Part shown: piece after piece, positions 48,363 through 55,717 of the stretch | How the letters are laid out: the number at the start of each line of letters is the position of its first letter | Position numbering within the stretch: position 1 is the stretch's first letter | Assembly: GCA_965220065.1 (NCBI GenBank) | Contig: OZ244804.1 | Coordinates: 1,344,915 to 1,408,914 of the forward strand | DNA from: Candidatus Poribacteria bacterium | Lineage (GTDB): Bacteria > Poribacteria > WGA-4E > WGA-3G | Direction: 5' to 3' | Length of the DNA: 64,000 nucleotides | Made by a program: the position numbers and the translations under genes | Notes under the pieces: model-generated | The model's input: the letters and a program-made list of their open reading frames with translations, nothing else | Database searches by the model: none | Told to the model about the DNA's origin: nothing

Positions 48363-48497
48363 TTGCGTCTCCAGCTATAAGGTATTTGACACAATTATCG
48401 GAAATAGGTTTATATGAGTTGGATTTATTCTAAAGGTGATTTAACTTTCAGTGGTAAGTCGCGACTGGGAGGTGGTTCCTACAAGGATGCTACCGTG

Positions 48498-49325
48498 TTA
48501 GCGCAAACGGTCAATAGTCTTTCGATAGCGGGCTTCCATCTCGGATCCTTGAGACTGTAAGTACACCTGTTCGGACCGGCGCGCCGCCTCGGTTGAAGGG
48601 AGAACTGGGATATCAATGTCTGCTGTACTGATTTGGTCGTTGCCCCATTTGTAGGTGACAATTTCACCTTTACTGATGATGAGGTTCATCCCGACATTCG
48701 CCTCTACGATCGGCACACCATTTTCACGCGCTCTGGCGAGCACGGCGTGATTCTGTGACTTGCCCTTTGAACCGTACGACGGAATTAAGAGGAATTGGGC
48801 ACCGTCTAAAACCAGTGTGCGCGCTATCAGCGGATTCCACCTGTCGTTGCAGATTAAAATGCCGGCACGTCCGAAAGGCGTATCAAACGCACGAATCGTT
48901 TCGCCGATGCAATTGAAGTTCCACGACGGATGCGTCCCTTCAGCGAACTGGGTTTTGTGATAGGTGCCGCAGATGTCTCCACTGGTATCAATAAACACGG
49001 CGGAATTATAGACGGAAGAGGTCCCACACCGTTCAGCGAACCCGAAACAGAGACAGGTTTTGAGTTGACGTGCCAATCGACGGAATCGACGGATATACGC
49101 GCCATCAATCGGCTCTGCAATTTCAAGCATCGCCTCTGGTGTGGCTTTGCCTTCAATGACATCCATCACGACGTAGCCCTCCAAAACACCCTCTGTTGCC
49201 AAAATCAACTGTGGAGCGTCCTTAGCGGCTTCAACGAAGAAAGCCTCCAGTTTCTCAGCGTTGGAGGCTTTATCCCATTTGGTAGGTTTCAACGAAATTG
49301 CGGAGACCTTGATTGATTGGTACAT
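48498..49325 (-). CDS. Carbon-nitrogen hydrolase family protein
   Basis: 'LILATEG' (Glu) and 'ILICNDRW' (Cys) catalytic regions. Confidence 0.65.
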   Translation of the reverse strand: MYQSIKVSAISLKPTKWDKASNAEKLEAFFVEAAKDAPQLILATEGVLEGYVVMDVIEGKATPEAMLEIAEPIDGAYIRRFRRLARQLKTCLCFGFAERCGTSSVYNSAVFIDTSGDICGTYHKTQFAEGTHPSWNFNCIGETIRAFDTPFGRAGILICNDRWNPLIARTLVLDGAQFLLIPSYGSKGKSQNHAVLARARENGVPIVEANVGMNLIISKGEIVTYKWGNDQISTADIDIPVLPSTEAARRSEQVYLQSQGSEMEARYRKTIDRLR

Positions 49326-49376
49326 AAAATTAGAAATGTCTGTGAGTCAGATTGCCCCATACGGGTCAATGTAACA

Positions 49377-49619
49377 TGTAGGTTGGGTTGAACGGAATTG
49401 AAAGTTCTATCTTGCATTCCAAACGCCTCTCAAATATGATTCCCTGTTGTATACTATCAAGGACGCAGTGAAACCCAACTTCAGACCGTTAGATCTTAAG
49501 AAGCCACACAGGAAAAACGTTGGGTTTCACTCATTATCTCTGACACAGTAGATATATAACTCAAAGACTATTTTTTTAGATGCTGACGTTTCGTTCCGAT
49601 CCGTTCAACCCAACCTACG
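49377..49619. mobile_element. MITE-like non-autonomous element, 243 bp, with perfect 19-bp terminal inverted repeats and a nested internal inverted repeat
   Basis: Left TIR TGTAGGTTGGGTTGAACGG (49377-49395). Right TIR CCGTTCAACCCAACCTACG (49601-49619). Internal IR AGTGAAACCCAAC (49462-49474) / GTTGGGTTTCACT (49519-49531). A solo TIR-like copy lies at 6150-6190. Confidence 0.45.
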
Positions 49620-49680
49620 ATAGATTCCTGTAGGCGAGGTTTGAAACCTCCCCAGTGGGAAAATATGGAATAGATTAGAC

Positions 49681-50787
49681 TTATTTCGGATAGGCGGTGT
49701 CCAGAGAGAGAATCGCGTAACTGGTTGCTAGGACAGGTAGTGCCTCCATCCAACGACTCTCATCGTTTACCCAGAACCCATCGGGTTTCTGGACCCCGAT
49801 CAGTTTCTCTGCGAGTTCTCGGTACCAATCGTGCGAGATGCCTTTTGCGTCCATAAGAACGGGTTCACCGTAGAGTCGTAACGCCTTTGCCATCGTGTGA
49901 TAGTTGTAGTATAGACCCTGTGCGCCCATGCCGTAGTTTTCTTCCGTTGTGAAATTTTGTTTGATCCACTCGACAGCCGCCTGGACGCGTTCATCGTTCT
50001 TATCTACATTGGCATAGATGAAACTCAACAACCCGGCATACGTCATACTGGCATAGGAGCGCGGGCTTCCCGCGGCATCCGTGCCGGCTTTGCTCTCACC
50101 GTCAGGCGAATAGATAAATCCACCATCGTTGCCTGCCCACGACTGATCATTGCTCTCGCTCCGATTCTGTGTGCGTTCCAGAAACTTAATCGCCTTGTCC
50201 CAAACTTCTTGGTCGTCGGAACCGCTCTCTTTTAGTGCTTGGATGGCAAGGTTCAGGTTGGACAGATCGTGCACGGTTTCACGGCTTCCGTAACCGATCC
50301 CACCGTAATAGACGCTCTCCTCATCTGTGACCTGCAGACTTTTCAGGAAACCTTGTGCCCTTTCAATAATAGATGCATATTCCGAGTTACCGGTTGAGGA
50401 AAGTGCCATTACCGAGATAGCGGTATTGTAATTCGGAAGTGCGGGTTGCATCTCGATATTATAGATCGCACCGTTGGGTTGTTGCATCCCAATCAACTGC
50501 TGAAGTCCCTTCTGGATAAACGGATGTTCTGCCTCCGAGTATTTGTTCTGAGGATGCCGCAAAAAAGCGGTGAGTGCGAGAGCCGTTATTCCCGGATGAT
50601 TGGCAAATAGTCCATCTTCGGCTTGTTGTCCCTTCAACCACACCAACCCACGGTCAATGCTTGCAATGACCTGTTCATTTAGTTCGTGATATTCCGATGC
50701 GCCTGTCTCATGATGTGCAGTTATACCGTTCTGTACGACCGCAAATGTGAGGAATAACACCAGTATCAATCCATGTTGCATTTTCAT
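49681..50787 (-). CDS. Secreted alpha/alpha-toroid protein (prenyltransferase / squalene-oxidase-repeat-like)
   Basis: Signal peptide MKMQHGLILVLFLTFAVV. Repeated 'G..W' / 'QxxDG' toroid-like segments. Confidence 0.45.
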   Translation of the reverse strand: MKMQHGLILVLFLTFAVVQNGITAHHETGASEYHELNEQVIASIDRGLVWLKGQQAEDGLFANHPGITALALTAFLRHPQNKYSEAEHPFIQKGLQQLIGMQQPNGAIYNIEMQPALPNYNTAISVMALSSTGNSEYASIIERAQGFLKSLQVTDEESVYYGGIGYGSRETVHDLSNLNLAIQALKESGSDDQEVWDKAIKFLERTQNRSESNDQSWAGNDGGFIYSPDGESKAGTDAAGSPRSYASMTYAGLLSFIYANVDKNDERVQAAVEWIKQNFTTEENYGMGAQGLYYNYHTMAKALRLYGEPVLMDAKGISHDWYRELAEKLIGVQKPDGFWVNDESRWMEALPVLATSYAILSLDTAYPK

Positions 50788-51049
50788 TCTGTCTCTCCCT
50801 TTCGGCAAGTTGTTAGTACAGTGTTAGCAAATCCGATGCCAATGCTGAAAGCCTATTTTCGCGTGAATTCTCGGAATTCAGCGGAAGATTGCGTCAAAAA
50901 CTGAACGCCACTGTCCATAATCTGAACAATTTTTAATTATTCCTTGCGGTTCGGTCGGTTGGGTTTGGGCTTTTATCGGTCTCTCCGTATATCTGGGGGA
51001 AACACCCCGATGAATGCCACACGCGCATTCAGCGTTGATTCGCAAAAAC

Positions 51050-51068
51050 CCTGCGCCGTTGTTGCAGG
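51050..51068. repeat. REP-like family 1 hairpin (CCTGCGCCGTTGTTGCAGG), truncated copy
   Basis: Flanked by 'ttgattcgcaaaaac' and by the GAATGCCACACGCGCATTC palindrome at 51010-51028. Confidence 0.45.
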
Positions 51069-51174
51069 CTACGTTTTTTGATGCTATCCCAAGAGGGTCC
51101 CTGTGTTAAAGGAAAACCTCTTAACTGATAACTGACAACTGGTAACGGTTTTGAAACTCACGAGCAAAACGCGT

Positions 51175-52209
51175 CTATAGCCGCACGGTTTCGCCCGTAT
51201 CGGCAGATTGCATCGCCGCGTCATAGACCTGCATGAGCTTGCGGATCTCCTCAGGTTTGACAACCAGTTCCACACCCTTGTTCAGCACGTCCGAGATGTT
51301 CTGATAGTAGGATTTCCATGTCGTTTGGACGCTTTCAATGACGAGTTCTCTGTTCTCGCCACCCGCTTCTGTCCAGACCTTGGCATAGTTTTCGGGATCC
51401 TGCTGCGCGGCGTCGATATTGCCGGCTACCATCGGTCCCTCCTGCGGGTCCAAGCCGTATTTCACCAGTCCACCGAGATCCCCGACGATATACCAGCGCG
51501 GTTTCTCCGCTTTGGCGAGGTTGCCAATCTCAATCTGATACCGCACGTCGTTTTGAAACTTAATGATGAGGTTAGCGTAGTTGCCGATATCGATATCCCA
51601 TCTCGAATTATAGTGAACGTCACAGTACACAGATTCAACAGGTGCCGTTACGAGTTGTAGTGCCTGATCCACGAAGTGTGCGGGCCAATCGTAAAGGATG
51701 CCGCCGCTTTGACGCTTGACCCCGCGCCAGCCGCGAGGCGGTCCGTATCGCATAATTGCGACCTGAAAGAGGTAAGGCCTTCCGAGTAGACCGTCGTCAA
51801 TAATCTTTTTGACGGTGTTGTAGTCCCAATCCCATCGGCGATTATGAAAGACACTAAGCAGGACGTTGTTCTGTTCACTCGCGGCAATCATCGTGTCCGC
51901 TTCGGCGGTGTTCATCGACATGATTTTGTCTGTGACGACGTGCTTACCGGCATCCATTGCCTTGATGGAGAGTTCAGCATGTGTGTCATGCGGTGTCGCT
52001 AATACAACGAGGTCAACGGCGTCATCTGCGATGACTTCGTCGATCGTTTGATACATCCGTACGTTTGGGTATGCCTCGCGTGCCGCTTCACGGCGTTCGG
52101 CATCCCGTGTCGCAACCGCATAAAGATTCAGCCCATCCGCCAAACCGACGAGATAGGTATGAAATGCGCGTCCCGCATATCCGTAGCCAATAACGGCTGT
52201 ATTCACCAT
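51175..52209 (-). CDS. Gfo/Idh/MocA-family NAD(P)-dependent oxidoreductase
   Basis: 'MVNTAVIGYGYAGRAFH' Rossmann N-terminus. Confidence 0.85.
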   Translation of the reverse strand: MVNTAVIGYGYAGRAFHTYLVGLADGLNLYAVATRDAERREAAREAYPNVRMYQTIDEVIADDAVDLVVLATPHDTHAELSIKAMDAGKHVVTDKIMSMNTAEADTMIAASEQNNVLLSVFHNRRWDWDYNTVKKIIDDGLLGRPYLFQVAIMRYGPPRGWRGVKRQSGGILYDWPAHFVDQALQLVTAPVESVYCDVHYNSRWDIDIGNYANLIIKFQNDVRYQIEIGNLAKAEKPRWYIVGDLGGLVKYGLDPQEGPMVAGNIDAAQQDPENYAKVWTEAGGENRELVIESVQTTWKSYYQNISDVLNKGVELVVKPEEIRKLMQVYDAAMQSADTGETVRL

Positions 52210-52289
52210 TTTTTAAACGATTAGCCTCCATGTTTTTTAAGTTATCAAATCTGGTTACCGTCGCTCCAGATTTCGGTGCTTTTCTCTTA

Positions 52290-52510
52290 AGAGTGAATGA
52301 TGGTAGCCTGCAACAACGGCGCAGGCGGTCAGTACCAAAAAATCGTTGTTGAACCAAACCAGTCATTTTACGCCTTGCGAATTATTGTGATTGCAGCATT
52401 CACGAAAAATGTATGATGGTAGCCTGCAACAACGGCGCAGGCGGTCAGTACGAAAAAACCGTTGTTAGACCAACCCCTTCATTCTACGCTTTGCGAATTA
52501 TTAAAAAAAT
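52290..52510. repeat. Tandem duplication (2 units of ~116 bp) of REP-like family 1 element, each containing the hairpin GCCTGCAACAACGGCGCAGGC
   Basis: Unit 1 is about 52290-52405 and unit 2 about 52406-52510. Hairpins at 52306-52326 and 52422-52442. Shared tail '...cattttacgccttgcgaattatt'. Confidence 0.55.
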
Positions 52511-53297
52511 CGTTCAGGGTCCAATCGTAGTCCAAATAGCGAAGCTTAACATCCGTCGATTCCAAATATTCTGCGTCTTCAGGTGGTAGATAATCGGCGA
52601 GAAAATCCGCCACATCGTCGTACCCCACCTCGAAATCGTCTTCATACCATTTGAAAATTTTCGAGACGTAGACGCGGCGTTTTGAACGATCAATCCGAAC
52701 CTGTTCAGGATTCCGAATGAAGTTAAGCGTTGCGGTTTCAAGACGCTCCTCAAGCGTCTCGGCAGTATAAGCGCGGTTCCATAGAGGTGGGCAACTGCTC
52801 GAAGCGCATACAAGCACGAAGTGCACACGCGGATCCACAAACTCTGTGCGGATGATGTCGTGCTCAATCTGATCGAGTGTATACATCTTACCCGCAGCTT
52901 GGAATTTCAGCCGAGAGAAAAAACCGTTGAAGAGTTTAACCTTTCGGACACTTGTTATCGGGTAGTGGTTAACGACCCCTTTAATGACGAGTGCATTGTA
53001 AGCGTTAATCCAGAACGTCAGTCGTTCATTATAGGACAACTCCTCTGGATTCGCAAAAGCCAACAGGTCCAGATACGCTATCAGTTTTTCAGGGTTCGCC
53101 TTCAGTTTTGTATAATTGACGCGTCCCTTTTCATCGACATGCTCCCGCAAAACCTGATCGAACAGTTCATGCGAAAATGAAGCATTATCCATCGGTTGCT
53201 GGCTGCGAGAATCCGCTTCGACGCGGAAGTGGTAGAGGAAGAGGACGCTACATACGGATAAAAGTAAGAGGCATACAATTAAAATTCGTTTTTTCAT
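52479..53297 (-). CDS. DUF547-domain protein, secreted
   Basis: Signal peptide. 'LTFWINAYNALVIKG' DUF547 signature. Confidence 0.7.
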   Translation of the reverse strand: MKKRILIVCLLLLSVCSVLFLYHFRVEADSRSQQPMDNASFSHELFDQVLREHVDEKGRVNYTKLKANPEKLIAYLDLLAFANPEELSYNERLTFWINAYNALVIKGVVNHYPITSVRKVKLFNGFFSRLKFQAAGKMYTLDQIEHDIIRTEFVDPRVHFVLVCASSSCPPLWNRAYTAETLEERLETATLNFIRNPEQVRIDRSKRRVYVSKIFKWYEDDFEVGYDDVADFLADYLPPEDAEYLESTDVKLRYLDYDWTLNDFFNNSQSVE

Positions 53298-53412
53298 TTT
53301 TTTAGTGATTGTTAGTTGTAGGTTGTCGGTTATCAGTTATAACAAAACCATAATTACGAATACATGTAAAAAGGCGAGGTTAGGAAACCTCGCCAGCGAA
53401 AGCGCGGTGTTC

Positions 53413-54492
53413 TTATGCGTACTGTTCTAATACGTTTCGGTTGATATCAATACCTAATCCGGGTGCCTGGGGAACGTCAACGTATCCATCAACGGCATTT
53501 ATCGGTTGCTGTGCCAACGCCGTACGGAGACGGTTCTCGGTCATATCGAATTCCAACAGCGAAGGGATCGGGTTGAGTGCTTGGGGTGCATCTGGAAGTG
53601 TAGCTTGCCAGTGCAGCGTCGCCGCGAGGCGGATACTACCGCCCCACATGTGGGGCAATACCCGAACATAGTTCGCACTCGCCATAGCCGCGATTTTTCG
53701 GCACTCCGTAAAACCGCCTGCAATGCTCAGATCGGGTTGCACAATATCCAATCCCCGTTCCTGTAGCAGGTCTCGGAACGCCCAACGTCCCTTCAGCATC
53801 TCGCCACCAGCAATTCTCACCTTCAGTGCGTGTCGAATCTCCCGATAGCCTGTCACATCGTCACTCGTAATCGGTTCCTCATACCAGAAGAGGTCGGAGT
53901 CCAGAAGTTTCTGTCCGACATCAATCGCAGTCCCGACATCGTAGCCACAATTGGCGTCGACAGCGAAGAGGGTATCGTCCCCAATGGCGCGTCGAACCGC
54001 GGCAACGTTCTTCACATCGTAAGCCTCACCGAAACCGACTTTCATCTTGACAGCGGGGAATCCTGCATCGACGTAGCCTTTCGCTTCGTCCATCAACGCT
54101 TGAGTTATGTCGGGTTTGTCTTTCTTGAAGAGTCCACTGGCGTAAGCCGGGATTTTTGATCGAAACGCGCCACCGAGGAGTTGATAGATCGGCATATCAA
54201 GTGCCTTGCCCATGATGTCCCAGAGTGCGATGTCTATCCCGCTCAGCGCGCCGATATCACCGCGCATCGCCTCCCAAATCCGTTCCGTTTCAAAAGGCGA
54301 TTGTCCGATCAGGTGTGCTTCAACTGCTGAGGGGGACGGAACGCTCACACCTTCACCCCAGCCGGTAATGCCAGCATCTGTGCGAATTTCGACAACGATG
54401 GCGGTTCGCGCGTTCGTCCAACCGCGTGAGTTCGCGAAGGGTTCAATGAGTGGATAGCGTAAGTTGTATGTTTTAACGTCGGTGATTTTCAT
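53413..54492 (-). CDS. Enolase-superfamily enzyme (MR/MLE family)
   Basis: 'MKITDVKTYNLRYPLIEPFANSRGWTNARTAIVVEIRTDAGITGWGEG'. Confidence 0.8.
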   Translation of the reverse strand: MKITDVKTYNLRYPLIEPFANSRGWTNARTAIVVEIRTDAGITGWGEGVSVPSPSAVEAHLIGQSPFETERIWEAMRGDIGALSGIDIALWDIMGKALDMPIYQLLGGAFRSKIPAYASGLFKKDKPDITQALMDEAKGYVDAGFPAVKMKVGFGEAYDVKNVAAVRRAIGDDTLFAVDANCGYDVGTAIDVGQKLLDSDLFWYEEPITSDDVTGYREIRHALKVRIAGGEMLKGRWAFRDLLQERGLDIVQPDLSIAGGFTECRKIAAMASANYVRVLPHMWGGSIRLAATLHWQATLPDAPQALNPIPSLLEFDMTENRLRTALAQQPINAVDGYVDVPQAPGLGIDINRNVLEQYA

Positions 54493-54660
54493 AACGTCGG
54501 TATTTGCGATGTGGTTCTAAAGCGTCCTTTGTGTCGTGTTGGTACCTACAATGTCCTTCTATTTTACCACATTTTCACATTTTTTGCAGAAAAAATGGAA
54601 ATAGGATCAGGGTCATTCAGTTTTAAGAAATTATTGGATTTTACGCCTATTTTTCAGGAT

Positions 54661-54690
54661 CCGGTGCGGTTAGAAACCGCACCTACCGGG
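54661..54690. repeat. REP-like hairpin, family 2, copy 3 (perfect stem GGTGCGGTT/AACCGCACC)
   Basis: 'ccggtgcggttagaaaccgcacctaccggg'. Confidence 0.5.
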
Positions 54691-54895
54691 ATGGTTGCTC
54701 AAAATCTTTCTAAAAAACGGAAAACTAAATAGCCCTAAAATAGGATAGCAATCAGAGGTCAGCAGTCAGCCCCAAAGAGGCAACAGGGGCATAATCCAAA
54801 TGGACGGAGTCGGCGTTGGAAACCTCTCCCACAGCGGAAGATTTGTAATTCTGGGAAAGTCGCGATCGGGAGATCGCTCCTACAGAAGAGGGTTA

Positions 54896-55660
54896 TCAGC
54901 GGCCGGCAGTCAGTTTTAGGTTGCCCCATGTTGTTGTGAGTTTGCCGCTAGGTGTTATGGCAAATCCACCACTGTTCGGAATGCTATCGCCAGTGACAGT
55001 TATGTTATCAAAGCGTGCCGTGTAATTCGCAAGACCGAAACCTACACCCCCTGTCAAGAAGTCGGGAAATTCATCAAAATTAAATTCCTCATGTTGAACC
55101 CCCCTGAGGACCAGAAGTTCCGTGGGTTCCATCACTTGCTTTTCATCGATCCAGAAGGTAACGATGTTATCCTGAACGCCTAACTTTAGATGTGCCCACT
55201 TATTCAACCTTAAAAGCGGGTGAGGTTCAGCATGAAGGCGTACAAATATTACATCGTGAAAATTGCCATAGTTGCAATATACCCCTTCCTCAGGGATGCC
55301 CTCACCATCAACCAGTACTACCGTATCAGCAATGCGGCAGGAAACTACCCACGTCCCGTTCACGCGCGCGGCAATCGCGATAGCCCCGATACCGTGTTTT
55401 TTGAGCGGCTTGACATCAAATTCTATAGTATAATCCTCCCACGTTTTATCACCTGTTGTGAGTAAACGCATAGCCGGATCAGGACTTACGGCGTGGAGTT
55501 CATCATTGACAATCTCCCAAGAACCGGGTGCTTCCTTCAACTGGACAAGCTCCCGCCATCCGTCCAATTTCTTGCCATCAAAGGTTTCCAGAAATGTGCC
55601 TGACCAGCCGGAAAAGGGCAAGAGAAAAAGAACAGTGACAATACACATGAATTTCATCAT
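54896..55660 (-). CDS. Secreted DUF1080 (3-keto-disaccharide hydrolase-like) protein
   Basis: Signal peptide. 'GTFLETFDGKKLDGWRE...WEIVNDELH'. C-terminal '...TTWGNLKL'. Confidence 0.7.
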   Translation of the reverse strand: MMKFMCIVTVLFLLPFSGWSGTFLETFDGKKLDGWRELVQLKEAPGSWEIVNDELHAVSPDPAMRLLTTGDKTWEDYTIEFDVKPLKKHGIGAIAIAARVNGTWVVSCRIADTVVLVDGEGIPEEGVYCNYGNFHDVIFVRLHAEPHPLLRLNKWAHLKLGVQDNIVTFWIDEKQVMEPTELLVLRGVQHEEFNFDEFPDFLTGGVGFGLANYTARFDNITVTGDSIPNSGGFAITPSGKLTTTWGNLKLTAGR

Positions 55661-55717
55661 AAGTCTCCTTTAATTTGTGATTAGAAAGTAAATTTTGAGT
55701 GTCGGAAACCACAACTA

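Noticed and set aside
52290-52510. Tandem direct repeats, considered as a possible mini-CRISPR array.
   Set aside because: There are only two units of about 116 bp, with no short spacers and no cas genes. They belong to the dispersed REP-like family 1.
39703-52510. REP-like elements, considered as integron attC sites.
   Set aside because: The neighbouring genes are not co-oriented cassettes and no intI gene is present. Copies occur in both orientations, including as tandem units. This fits REP/MITE-like repeats better.
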